A stretch of 64,000 nt of DNA from Verrucomicrobiota bacterium (GTDB taxonomy: Bacteria; Verrucomicrobiota; Verrucomicrobiia; Limisphaerales; AAA164-E04): positions 2,176,001 through 2,240,000 of the forward strand of contig CP170459.1 in the NCBI GenBank assembly GCA_047947115.1, in the 5' to 3' direction. Position numbers and translations under genes: made by a program. Within the stretch, counting starts at the first letter, position 1, and every line of letters begins with the position of its first letter. The notes beneath the pieces are model-generated. The model saw only the letters and a program-made list of their open reading frames with translations, ran no database searches and was not told where the DNA came from. Shown here piece by piece: positions 27,983 through 37,620 of this stretch.

Positions 27983-28252
27983 GTTGTCCTCCTCTTGTTG
28001 GTTGAAGTTTTCCTTGTCCGTACCCGTGTTCGTTCGGGGCTAAGCCCAAGCTGGCGGGGAACGTCAATCCTGTTTGAAGATTGTAATTAATTGGAAAGCA
28101 ATCTGTGTTCCATTCGCAGGGCTGATAAAAGGACGGAGGAAACGGGGATGATGGAGTTTTTGGAAAGGGAGGGCGGGAAGGCGGATCGGACCGTCGGCCC
28201 GCTCGCGTCAGCTACACGGATGTATGGTGTATGTCACACAGACGGCTCCCCG

Positions 28253-28271
28253 AAATGTAAAGCAAATGTAA
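28253..28271. promoter_or_regulatory. AAATGTAA direct repeat with 11-bp period (possible response-regulator site)
   Basis: AAATGTAA-agc-AAATGTAA upstream of the 993-aa gene. Confidence 0.4.
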
Positions 28272-28351
28272 TTATGGCTGCCCCAAAACGATGTGCTGGG
28301 GACGTCTCATTCGAAATGGGTCCACACTTGTGCAAGCGCCGCTACGGGATG

Positions 28352-28388
28352 AAAAAAACCGACAATGCCTTGAGGCATTGCCGGTTTT
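28352..28388 (-). terminator. tsf terminator
   Basis: AAAACCGACAATGCCT-TG-AGGCATTGCCGGTTTT with an A7 tract. Confidence 0.88.
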
Positions 28389-28415
28389 GGTCAATTTGTT
28401 AAATATGGGATTAAA

Positions 28416-29252
28416 TCAAGCTTCGCCTTCGCCCACTTGGAAGCGGAGGAAGCGGCGGATGGTGATTTCATCGCCGAGTTCTTTGCTGACGTTCGCGACG
28501 TGTTCTTTGACGGTCAGTTCACCGTTTTTCACGAAACCCTGGTCGATCAGGCAGATGCCCTGGAAGAACTTATCCATTTTGCCTTCCACAATCTTTTCGA
28601 CTGCCTGGGCAGGTTTGTCCTTGAATTGTTCCGCAGCGATTTCCTTTTCCTTGGCGATCAAAGCAGGATCCACCGATTCACGACTGACAGCCGTTGGATT
28701 GGCTGCTGCGATTTGCAGGGTGATGTCCTTGACCAGGCTCTTGAAGGCATCCTTGCTGGGGGTGTCTTCCTTCCCGCATCCTACTTCAGCCAGTACGCCT
28801 ACTTTGGCGCCGGTGTGGATGTAAGCGGCAACCATGCCGCTGCCTTCAACTTCGAGTGTCTTGTGGCGTCCGATCTGGATGTTCTCTCCCACCTTTGTCA
28901 CCTGTGTGGTGCGGATGGCTTCGAAATCAGCATCAGGCTGTTCCACCAGGGTCTTGGCTACTTCATTGCAGAATTCGCCAAAGACTTCGTTTTTAGCCAC
29001 GAAATCAGTTTCACAATTTACCTCGACCAAAAGGCCAAGTTTGCCGTCCGGACGGATATAGTGGGCGATGACGCCCTCATTGGCGGCACGTCCAGCTTTC
29101 TTTGCGGCGGTGGCGACACCTTTCTTGCGAAGGACATCGACGGCGGCGTCGATATCGCCATTGGTTTCAGTCAGCGCCTTTTTACAATCCATAAGCCCCG
29201 CGTTGGTCATGCGGCGCAATTCGCCAACCAGAGCTGCGGTTATTTCTGCCAT
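28416..29252 (-). CDS. tsf: Elongation factor Ts
   Basis: LRRMTNAGLMDCKKAL, EVNCETDFVAKN, RRFLRFQVGEG. Confidence 0.98.
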   Translation of the reverse strand: MAEITAALVGELRRMTNAGLMDCKKALTETNGDIDAAVDVLRKKGVATAAKKAGRAANEGVIAHYIRPDGKLGLLVEVNCETDFVAKNEVFGEFCNEVAKTLVEQPDADFEAIRTTQVTKVGENIQIGRHKTLEVEGSGMVAAYIHTGAKVGVLAEVGCGKEDTPSKDAFKSLVKDITLQIAAANPTAVSRESVDPALIAKEKEIAAEQFKDKPAQAVEKIVEGKMDKFFQGICLIDQGFVKNGELTVKEHVANVSKELGDEITIRRFLRFQVGEGEA

Positions 29253-29285
29253 AATGTTCAGTTTCTAAATAAGAGATCAGTTGTT

Positions 29286-29318
29286 AAAAAAAAGTTCCCG
29301 CCCAGTTGGCTGGGCGGG
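29286..29318 (-). terminator. Terminator/attenuator between rpsB and tsf
   Basis: CCCGCCCAG-TTGG-CTGGGCGGG followed on the minus strand by a U8 tract. Confidence 0.75.
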
Positions 29319-29334
29319 CTGAAAGGCTTGCTTA

Positions 29335-30210
29335 CTAAGCGGAAGGCTTGTCACCTTCGGTTCCCTCTGCTGAAGCCGGAGCAGGTGCTTCGACGGGAGC
29401 CACTGCTGGTGCTGCAGGTTCCGGGGCGGCTTCCACGGGAGGAGGCGCTACAGGGGCAACTGCCGGCGCGGCTGCTTCGGCTGCCGCTGCTTCCGCTTTT
29501 TCTTCCGAATCAGGCGTGCTTGCCTGACGTTCCTTGCGGCTGCCTTGCAGTTTTTCCTGAATGGCCGCCAGTACGACGCGGATGGAACGGATGGAATCGT
29601 CGTTTCCGGGGATCGGGTAGTCGACCTGTGTGGGGTCGCAATTGGTGTCCACCAAAGCCACGATGGGAATCCGCAATTTGCGGGCTTCCGCTACCGCGTT
29701 GTGTTCACGCTTTAGATCGACGATGAAAATGGCGTCCGGATACTTGTCCATGTGACGGATACCGTCCAGGTTGCGGTGCAAACGGGAGGCTTCACGGCGA
29801 AGCATGGATTGCTCTTTTTTGCCGTAATCGCTGAGCGTGCCGTCTTGCTCCATTTTTTCAATTTCCTGGAGTCGTTTCAAAGACTTCTTGATGGTCTTGA
29901 GGTTGGTCATCATACCACCCAGCCAACGTTCGGTGACGTAATGCTGTCCACAGGCGCTTGCCACTTCCTTGGTCGCAGCCTGAGCTTGCTTCTTGGTGCC
30001 GACAAACAGTACCTGGCCGCCATTGGCGACTTTTTTGGACAGGAAGTCGATGGCTTCCTGTAAGAGGGTCGCCGTCTGGTTGAGGTTGATGACGTGGATG
30101 CCGTTGCGTGCCTCAAAAATAAAAGGCTTCATGGCTGGGTTCCAACGACGGGTCTGGTGTCCAAAATGAACACCTGCTTCTAATAATTCTTTAACGCCTA
30201 TTTGACTCAC
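29335..30210 (-). CDS. rpsB: 30S ribosomal protein S2
   Basis: [48 protein letters not shown] start and an Ala/Pro/Glu-rich tail. Confidence 0.98.
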   Translation of the reverse strand: MSQIGVKELLEAGVHFGHQTRRWNPAMKPFIFEARNGIHVINLNQTATLLQEAIDFLSKKVANGGQVLFVGTKKQAQAATKEVASACGQHYVTERWLGGMMTNLKTIKKSLKRLQEIEKMEQDGTLSDYGKKEQSMLRREASRLHRNLDGIRHMDKYPDAIFIVDLKREHNAVAEARKLRIPIVALVDTNCDPTQVDYPIPGNDDSIRSIRVVLAAIQEKLQGSRKERQASTPDSEEKAEAAAAEAAAPAVAPVAPPPVEAAPEPAAPAVAPVEAPAPASAEGTEGDKPSA

Positions 30211-30548
30211 AGTATTTGTTTTCCATTGGTTGCCGGCCTCGTATTTCCTTTGTGAAATCGGACCGTCCCGCGGAATACGGGATTGATTCGGTGTTGTTGT
30301 GGCCTACCTTGACGCACTCGCGTCCTGGATTTACCGACCGTTCACATACCCAAATAATATTCCTCCCCACCGTCACTCGACGGCGAAAAGAGCGGAAAAA
30401 ATACCAAATAATGGGCTGGGAGCAATGATTAATTGAAGTTTTTTGGAAGTTTTAACAATGAAGGATTTGGATGCCATACTGATTCTATGACTCATCTCCT
30501 GCTTTTCAGATGTCTATTTCTGTGATCTATTTGAATTTAGGGACAGGC

Positions 30549-31340
30549 ATGAATATTCCAAATCTTTCAGAACCGGGATCAGACGGACAAGAGCTCAGCG
30601 CATTAAAAGCGGAGCATGCGCCGCATGCCATTCGAAGGCGATTGGATCAGGGGCCGGAACACCCTTATCTCAAGGATTTTATCTACGGCGCAGTGGATGG
30701 TGCGGTGACCACGTTTGCAGTGGTTTCCGGCGTGGCCGGGGCCGGATTGTCCAGTGGGGTCATCATCATTCTTGGATTGGCGAACCTTGTGGCGGATGGA
30801 TTCAGTATGGCGGCGAGCAATTTTCTGGGTTCCAGGGCTGAATCGCAGATGCGAGAAAAAGCTCGTGCACAGGAGCACCGGCACATTGATCTGATACCTG
30901 ATGGAGAACGTGAAGAGATTCGTCAGATTTTCGCAAACAAGGGCTTTGAAGGGGCGGACCTGGAAAATGCGGTCAAAGTGATCACTTCGGATCGGGCGCG
31001 TTGGGTGGAGACCATGTTGCAGGAGGAGCATGGGCTGGCTTCCAAACCAACATCAGAATGGAAATCCGCCATTTCCACCTTTGTGGCATTCGTTATTGTC
31101 GGTGCCATTCCCCTCGTCACTTTTTTGGTAAACTGGGTGGTTCCCGGGGCCTTTGCACATCCCTTTCTGTGGTCCAGTTTGTTGACCGGGTTTGCGTTTT
31201 TTGCCGTTGGAGTTGCCAAGGCGAAATTTGTCGATCTCTCGAAATGGAAATCCGGACTCGAAACCCTCATGGTCGGCGGTGGGGCCGCCGTGTTGTCCTA
31301 CTTGATCGGGATGGCGTTGCGGGGGATGATTCCCGCCTAA
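30549..31340 (+). CDS. VIT1/CCC1 family Fe/Mn transporter
   Basis: DFIYGAVDGAVTTFAVVSG, ANLVADGFSMA, EREEIRQIF, EEHGL. Confidence 0.93.
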   Translation: MNIPNLSEPGSDGQELSALKAEHAPHAIRRRLDQGPEHPYLKDFIYGAVDGAVTTFAVVSGVAGAGLSSGVIIILGLANLVADGFSMAASNFLGSRAESQMREKARAQEHRHIDLIPDGEREEIRQIFANKGFEGADLENAVKVITSDRARWVETMLQEEHGLASKPTSEWKSAISTFVAFVIVGAIPLVTFLVNWVVPGAFAHPFLWSSLLTGFAFFAVGVAKAKFVDLSKWKSGLETLMVGGGAAVLSYLIGMALRGMIPA

Positions 31341-31341
31341 G

Positions 31342-31552
31342 CCGTATCTATGCAGTTTATCCGCACCACCGCAGACGCGGGATCTACGAGATGTCACAGA
31401 TTTACGCAGATATAGAAGAAAGATCCATTCGAATGGCAGCTGAAATTTGGGACACTATTTGGTGAATCACTTTGAAGAGATCAAATTTGGCTTTATACCC
31501 AATATCTGCGTTCATCTGCGCCATCCGCGGATTCCTAATTGAATGATTACGG
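31342..31552. mobile_element. 211-bp MITE-like element
   Basis: Ends CCGTA...TACGG flanked by direct CTAAG repeats (31337-31341, 31553-31557), with an internal 24-bp inverted repeat matching 20/24. Confidence 0.6.
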
Positions 31553-31769
31553 CTAAGTGGTTTTTGTTCATCAAGGTATACGTTTTGGAACTCGAGATTG
31601 TTTCAGGCATTGTGAGGATAGTAAATTTGGTAGATCGGATCAGCTCGTCCTGCGACTGCTTGGATCTCGATCCGTCCCTTTAGCGTGAGCTGCGCGCATG
31701 CGTGTATGACGTGCGCGTTGGGGATTTCCTTTGGGTGGTGAAAAGCAGGGGATGTGGGGCATGAGGGTT

Positions 31770-31794
31770 GCGCGACCAGACGCCACGCTCTACC
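31770..31794 (-). repeat. GTAG-type REP-like hairpin
   Basis: Minus strand reads GGTAGAGCGTGGCGTCTGGTCGCGC, a GTAG tetranucleotide followed by an imperfect palindrome. Confidence 0.45.
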
Positions 31795-31802
31795 TGCGGA
31801 GG

Positions 31803-31840
31803 AAATTCACCATTCACTCTTTTAAATTCACCATTTAAAA
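31803..31840. repeat. Short tandem repeat with 7/21-bp period
   Basis: AAATTCACCATT at 31803 and 31824, with ATTCAC recurring at 7-bp spacing. Confidence 0.6.
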
Positions 31841-31843
31841 GCG

Positions 31844-33295
31844 TTACGCTTTTAGAATGGGGTTCAGGATGTGTGCATCTTCGACACCGGTCAGGCGGGC
31901 GTCCAGGCCCTGGAATTTGACGCTGAGTCGGCGGTGATCGATGCCGAGGAGGTGGAGCATGGTGGCGTGGAGGTCGCGGACATGGGTGACGTTTTCGACG
32001 GCGTTGTAGCCGAGTTCGTCGGTGGCTCCAAAGTTGACGCCCCCCTGAACACCTCCACCGCAGAGCCACATGCTGAAGCCTTTGATGTGATGGTCGCGTC
32101 CGGGGTTCTGTCCTTTGCCCTGGAACATGGGGGTGCGACCGAATTCGCCTCCCCAGATGATGAGTGTGTCCTCCAGTAAACCGCGTTGCTTGAGGTCGGA
32201 GATCAACGCATACGTGGGTTTGTCGGTGAGTCCGCAACAAGTATTCATGTATGGAACGAGATCGCCGTGGTGATCCCATCCCCGGTGGTAAAGGTGAATG
32301 AATCGGACACCGCGTTCGGCGAGTCGTCGGGCCAGTAGGCAGTTGGCGGCGTAGCTTCCGTCCGAACCTTCTGTACCATACATGTCCAGAATGTGCTGTG
32401 GTTCGTTGGACAGGTCCATCAGTTCAGGAACACTTGCCTGCATACGAAAAGCCATTTCGTAGGCGCTGATACGGGTTTCAATTTCCGGGTCCAGGCGGTG
32501 TGGGTGTTGGATTTGGTTCAGTTCTTGAACTGTGGAAACCAATCGTCGTTGTCGGTCTCGTGAGATGCCGTTGGGGTTGCGGACGTAGTGCACGGGATCC
32601 CCGCTGGACTGGAATTCCACCCCCTGAAATCGACTCGGCAGAAAGCCGCTGTGCCATTGACGGGCGGCGATGGGTTGGGGGTTGCGCCCACCGACACTGG
32701 TCAACACCACAAAGCCCGGAAGATTTTCGCTCGCACTGCCCAGTCCATAGGTGATCCAGGATCCCATACTGGGACGTCCGGAGATCGATGTGCCGGTGTT
32801 CATGACCGTGTGGGCGGGGTCGTGATTGATCTGATCGGTGATCATGGATCGTACGATCGCGATTTCATCAGCCGCCTTTGCGGTCCAGGGCAGGAAATCG
32901 CTGATTTCCTGTCCGGATTGACCGTATTTTTTGAACGTGGTCATAGGACCCAGGCATTTGAGTTCTTTTCCCTGGAGCTGGGCGATGGGTTGACCTTTGG
33001 TGAAACTTTCGGGCATCGGTTGGCCGTCGAGTTTGGCCAGCGTGGGTTTGGGGTCGAAGGTTTCCAGGTGCGAGGGACCCCCGGCCATGCAAAGGAAGAT
33101 GACACGTTTTGCTTTGACAGGCAGGTTGGGGAATCCAGTGACGCCGGGCGCATTAGGTGATTGTTTGATGGCGTCGGCGAGCAGGGTCGAGGGTTGCCAG
33201 AGTGAGTGCAGGGCGGCGGTTCCGAGTCCCATCGACGCGCGACTGAGAAAGGTGCGGCGGTTCCATTCCTGCGCAAAGCGGCTGAGTTTTTCCAT
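31844..33295 (-). CDS. DUF1501 domain protein (Tat substrate, sulfatase-like)
   Basis: NRRTFL, AKRVIFLCMAGGPSHLETFDPKP, GWDHH, GEFGRTP, GRDHH. Confidence 0.93.
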   Translation of the reverse strand: MEKLSRFAQEWNRRTFLSRASMGLGTAALHSLWQPSTLLADAIKQSPNAPGVTGFPNLPVKAKRVIFLCMAGGPSHLETFDPKPTLAKLDGQPMPESFTKGQPIAQLQGKELKCLGPMTTFKKYGQSGQEISDFLPWTAKAADEIAIVRSMITDQINHDPAHTVMNTGTSISGRPSMGSWITYGLGSASENLPGFVVLTSVGGRNPQPIAARQWHSGFLPSRFQGVEFQSSGDPVHYVRNPNGISRDRQRRLVSTVQELNQIQHPHRLDPEIETRISAYEMAFRMQASVPELMDLSNEPQHILDMYGTEGSDGSYAANCLLARRLAERGVRFIHLYHRGWDHHGDLVPYMNTCCGLTDKPTYALISDLKQRGLLEDTLIIWGGEFGRTPMFQGKGQNPGRDHHIKGFSMWLCGGGVQGGVNFGATDELGYNAVENVTHVRDLHATMLHLLGIDHRRLSVKFQGLDARLTGVEDAHILNPILKA

Positions 33296-33327
33296 GATCT
33301 TTGTTCGTGTGAAAAATAGGGGAAGGT

Positions 33328-35691
33328 TCAATAACGCATGATCCCTTCGTGCAGATTGAGCAGAGCGCGGGCGACACTGGTCCAGGCTGCTCTTTCCGCC
33401 AGGGTTTGATGGTCTGTATGGGTTTCTGCTTCGATCTGTAAAAAGTCAATCGCTTCCTCGGGATTGTCGGCAAAGGCATTGCGTTCGGATGCGTGATAGC
33501 TCGTCAGAATGTCGAGTTCTTCCTTTAAAGGTTTTCTGGATAATGCCTGTTGCCATGCCCAGTTGACCTTGTCTGTTGTGGACTTGGCCGGGGCAGCCTC
33601 GATGCGTTGGGCAAAGTGGCGGGCTGCTTCGGTGAAACTCGGATCGTTCAGCAGGGTGAGCGCCGCCAGAGGAGTGTTCGAGACGGGGCGTTCGGCCGAG
33701 CCTTCCTCTCGGCTGGGGGCGTCGAATGCCTTGAGCATTGGATGAAGAAAGATGCGTTGCCAGTGTGTGTAAACACCACGTCGGTATTGGTTGTGGCCTT
33801 CGTCCGGTTTGTACGTGCGGGTGGGGAAATTCAAATGCTGGTAGTAGCCTGCCGGTTGATAAGGTTTGACGCTGCGTCCGCCGAGCCGTTCAACCAACAG
33901 TCCGCTTAGTTTGAGCGAACGATCCCTGATGAATTCGGCATCGATACGAAAGGCGTTTTGGCGCGCCCAGAACCGGTTCCCGGGATCTGTTGCCGTCAGT
34001 TCCGGACGTGGGGTGGAAGCCTGAAGGTAGGCGCTGGAGGTGACAATCAATTCCACCATGTGTTTGATGTTCCACCCGCTGTCGCGAAATTCCACCGCGA
34101 GCCAGTCAAGCAGTTCCGGGTGATCGGGCGCTTGTCCCTGGGCGCCCAGATCGTCGAGGCGTCGCGAGAGCCCTTTGCCGAAGTAGAGTTTCCAGAGGCG
34201 ATTGACGAAAACGCGTCCGGTCAGAGGGTGGTCGGGACGGAAGAGCCAGTTGGCCAGATCTAGCCGGGTGGGGCGACCTTCGGCTGCAAGTGGAGGCAGG
34301 AATGACGGGGTGGCAGGCTCTACGATTTCACCCGATTCGTCCAGCCAGTTGCCGCGTGGCAGGATGCGCATGGTGCGGGGTTCGACCTGCATGCTGACCA
34401 TGCAGGGGGCGAATTCCTGTTCGATGGTTTTCTGGCGTTGCTGGAGACTGGCCAGGGTGTATCGCTGTGAAGAGTCGTTGGTGGAAATGTCATTTTTGAA
34501 GGATTGTATGGCTTCATTCAAAGAAACCAGTTCCGCGTATTGGGTGAGGTTCCAGGCTTTGATCTCCGGATCGCGTTTGGTTGGGATGGCGTTGGGCGCA
34601 TTGAAGGCGCCCTGTTCTTTCAGATCGGCGAAGAACGACGCCAGGCTGTAGAAATCCCTGGTCGTATAGGGATCGTATTTGTGGTTGTGACATTCGGCGC
34701 AACCGGTTGTAGCTCCGAGCCAGACGAGGCCGAAGTTGCGAACACGGTCCGCGGCATACTTCGCCAGGTATTCTTTGTCCTGCACACCTCCTTCGTGGGA
34801 AGTTTGCAGCAAGCGGTTGTAACCGGAGGCGACTTTCTGCCAGAGGCCGGCATCAGGAAGGAGGTCTCCTGCCAGTTGCTCTCGGGTGAACTGGTCGTAG
34901 GGTAGGTTTTCGTTGAAGGATTTGATCACGTAATCGCGGTAAGGACTGATGCTGTGATCCTGATCTCCGTGGTAACCGACCGTATCGGCAAAGCGAACCA
35001 GGTCCAGCCAATGGGATGCCATCCGTTCGCCGAAGGCAGGTGAATGAATCAAACTGCGGACGTAGTCAAGCAGACCGTCTTTTTCCATGGCCTGAGCGAA
35101 ACGCGTCACGTCGTCGGGTGAAGGGGGCAATCCGGTCAGGTCGAAGTGCAGACGCCGGGCCAGCGTGCTGATGGTGGCGGTGGGGGACGGTTTCAGATTC
35201 CTTGCTTCCAGTTCGGCCAGGATAAAACGATCCACCGGTTGGCGGGGCCATGCGTTGTCCTGGACCGCTGGCAGATCTGGGCGAATCGGGGGGGCGTAGG
35301 CCCAATGAGTTTCGTAGGACGCACCTTGGGCGATCCATTGACGGATGGTTTCGATTTCTTCGGTCGACAGTGTTTTGCCAGAGTCCGGCGGGGGCATGAG
35401 GTCGTCTTTGTCGGTGGTGACGAGGCGGGCGAGGAGTTCGCTGGCTTTCGGATCGCCGGGCACGATCGCTGCGTAGCCCCCCAGATCTGCCAGAGCGCCT
35501 GCAGCAGTGTCGAGGCGCAGGTCGGCTTTGCGTTCTTCTTCATCGGGACCATGGCAGAAGAAGCATTTGTCGGAGAGGATGGGGCGGATGTCGCGGTTGA
35601 ACTGGATGGGCCCTTCGGCGCCGAGTTGGAGCATCAGGCCAAGCCAGAGACCGACGGATATGCGAGGGATCAGATGTCTGTCGAGTTTCAT
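33328..35691 (-). CDS. PSD1/planctomycete cytochrome c protein (PSCyt1-DUF1549-DUF1553)
   Basis: FNRDIRPILSDKCFFCHGPD, FGERMASHWLDLVRFADT, CAECHNHKYDP, RVFVNRLW, HPELLDWLA. Confidence 0.95.
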   Translation of the reverse strand: MKLDRHLIPRISVGLWLGLMLQLGAEGPIQFNRDIRPILSDKCFFCHGPDEEERKADLRLDTAAGALADLGGYAAIVPGDPKASELLARLVTTDKDDLMPPPDSGKTLSTEEIETIRQWIAQGASYETHWAYAPPIRPDLPAVQDNAWPRQPVDRFILAELEARNLKPSPTATISTLARRLHFDLTGLPPSPDDVTRFAQAMEKDGLLDYVRSLIHSPAFGERMASHWLDLVRFADTVGYHGDQDHSISPYRDYVIKSFNENLPYDQFTREQLAGDLLPDAGLWQKVASGYNRLLQTSHEGGVQDKEYLAKYAADRVRNFGLVWLGATTGCAECHNHKYDPYTTRDFYSLASFFADLKEQGAFNAPNAIPTKRDPEIKAWNLTQYAELVSLNEAIQSFKNDISTNDSSQRYTLASLQQRQKTIEQEFAPCMVSMQVEPRTMRILPRGNWLDESGEIVEPATPSFLPPLAAEGRPTRLDLANWLFRPDHPLTGRVFVNRLWKLYFGKGLSRRLDDLGAQGQAPDHPELLDWLAVEFRDSGWNIKHMVELIVTSSAYLQASTPRPELTATDPGNRFWARQNAFRIDAEFIRDRSLKLSGLLVERLGGRSVKPYQPAGYYQHLNFPTRTYKPDEGHNQYRRGVYTHWQRIFLHPMLKAFDAPSREEGSAERPVSNTPLAALTLLNDPSFTEAARHFAQRIEAAPAKSTTDKVNWAWQQALSRKPLKEELDILTSYHASERNAFADNPEEAIDFLQIEAETHTDHQTLAERAAWTSVARALLNLHEGIMRY

Positions 35692-35739
35692 GAAATAATC
35701 ATTTGATGAATGGATGACCTCTTGGGTTCCGTTGATTTG

Positions 35740-37620
35740 TCAGAGGCGATTGGCAAAAAAGTCCAGACGTCGTTTTACTTCGTTTTTGCCTTCTGGATCC
35801 TTCAATTGTGTGACGTCGAATGGATACCCCATGGATGGATCATGAAAAAAAGCTGCCGCGTTGAGAGTGATCAAGGCAACGAGATCTCCATGGTTTTCGT
35901 TCAGCACCTGGTAAAAAGTCGGGCGCGGATCTTGTTGACCAAGGATGCTGAGGAATTCGGCGGCGCGCACTCTCACCAGAGGATCTTCGGCTTCCAATTG
36001 CTGCCTGGCTTTATCCGCCATTGGAGCCGCCTCTTTGCCCAGAACGCTGCAGGCGGTCAGGGCCCAGTAACGGATCAGGGGGGATTGACTGTTCATGGCT
36101 CGGGTCAAACGCTTCTCAGCCTGTTCAAACGGGAGCAGCGCTAGATTGGCCACGTTGATCAATTGTTTGATCTCGCGGGTGTGTTCCCGACCATAGGCGA
36201 TGCCGTCTTTGAGCGCGTGCTCCGCCATGTAGCTTTCCGGATAGGCACTCAGGTCGTTGATCGCGATCATTTTTCGGTTCAAACGATCACGCATGGATTC
36301 CAGCATGGCGGCATGACCGGGTTCGTTGGCCAGGTTGTTGATTTCGTGGGGATCTTTACGGAGATCGAACAACATTTCGGCGGGTTTGCTTTTGAAGAAA
36401 GCGGACTGGACTTCATTGAGTTCGCCTTTGCGAAAGAGTTCGCGCCACTCTGCGTATGCCAGCATGCGGTAGCGGTAGTTGTTTTGCAGTCCGTCGGGGT
36501 AGTAGGCCTGGAAGTTTCGGATGTATTTGAAATGCCCTTTGCGGAGGGAACGGCACATTTCGTATTTTTCATCAAAACGATCGGCGTAGCCAAAGGTTTC
36601 ATCACGGTATTCAAGCATGGCGGGGGTGATATCCGGTCCAAGAAACGGCGCGCCGTCCAAAGCGCCAGGCACCTTCAGTCCGGCCAGGTGCAGCAAGGTG
36701 GGCCCGAAGTCGATGAAGCTCACGAATGCATCCAGTTTAGACCCGATTTCCAGAGGGATTTCCGAGCGCCATTTTTCGGGGATGCGAATGACCAGCGGTA
36801 CGTGCAGTCCGGATTCGTAGAGGTAACCTTTGCCCCGGGGCAGTACGCCTCCATGATCGCCGAAGTAAAAGATGAAAGTGTTTTCCAGGAGATTGTCTGC
36901 TTTGAGCTGGTCGACGAGTTTGCCGATCTGTTGGTCGACTTGTTCGATGCGGTCGAAGTAACGCGCCTGGGTGAATCGAAATGTCGGTGTGTCCGGGTGG
37001 TAAGGGGCGACGTAAACATCGTTGGCGGGTGTTTTCGGGGGCTCCTCGGTAAAGGCTTCCTTCGGGAAATGCAGGGAACTTTCGTGGGTGACGCCAAAGG
37101 TTTGCATGTGAAAGAAGGGAGTGTCATCGCTTGGGCGGTTGCGCCATGAAGCGTTCTTGGAGGACTCATCCCACACACATTCGCCTTCCACCACGTTGTA
37201 GTCCTTTTTATTGTTGTTGGTGGTGTAGTAGCCGGCCTGCCTCAGGAAGGCGGGCCACATTTGGATGCCTTCCGGCAGGTGGGCGAGGGTGTGTTTGCGG
37301 TGGTATTGAAAGCCTGCCTTGGGGGCGAGGATGCCGGTCATCAAGGTGGTGCGAGCCACCGAGCACACCGGAGCGTTCGAAAAGGCATGCCTGAACAAGA
37401 GTCCTTCTTTTGCCAGGGATTCAATGGTCGGGGTGGCCCCGTATTCGGAGCCATACAGCTCCATATAATGCTTGGAGTTGTCTTCGGATAAGATGAAAAC
37501 GAAATTCGGTTTTTCACCTGCAGCCGCTGTGGCAAGAGTGAATGGCATGAACAATGTGAGAGCAATCAATGCCCATGCGCATGCTGAAATCATTCGAATG
37601 TGTTTTGATGACGGGTGCAT
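35740..37620 (-). CDS. Sulfatase (S1) with C-terminal HEAT-like region
   Basis: Signal peptide, KPNFVFILSED, CSVARTTLMTG, GDHG, LFDLRKDPHEINNLA. Confidence 0.9.
   Translation of the reverse strand: MHPSSKHIRMISACAWALIALTLFMPFTLATAAAGEKPNFVFILSEDNSKHYMELYGSEYGATPTIESLAKEGLLFRHAFSNAPVCSVARTTLMTGILAPKAGFQYHRKHTLAHLPEGIQMWPAFLRQAGYYTTNNNKKDYNVVEGECVWDESSKNASWRNRPSDDTPFFHMQTFGVTHESSLHFPKEAFTEEPPKTPANDVYVAPYHPDTPTFRFTQARYFDRIEQVDQQIGKLVDQLKADNLLENTFIFYFGDHGGVLPRGKGYLYESGLHVPLVIRIPEKWRSEIPLEIGSKLDAFVSFIDFGPTLLHLAGLKVPGALDGAPFLGPDITPAMLEYRDETFGYADRFDEKYEMCRSLRKGHFKYIRNFQAYYPDGLQNNYRYRMLAYAEWRELFRKGELNEVQSAFFKSKPAEMLFDLRKDPHEINNLANEPGHAAMLESMRDRLNRKMIAINDLSAYPESYMAEHALKDGIAYGREHTREIKQLINVANLALLPFEQAEKRLTRAMNSQSPLIRYWALTACSVLGKEAAPMADKARQQLEAEDPLVRVRAAEFLSILGQQDPRPTFYQVLNENHGDLVALITLNAAAFFHDPSMGYPFDVTQLKDPEGKNEVKRRLDFFANRL

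Noticed and set aside
28437..29726. 429-aa plus-strand ORF
   Set aside because: Antisense shadow of tsf and rpsB with no protein-like motifs.
30211..30400. rpsB autoregulatory leader RNA
   Set aside because: Plausible by position, but only a small hairpin is visible, so I cannot support a call.
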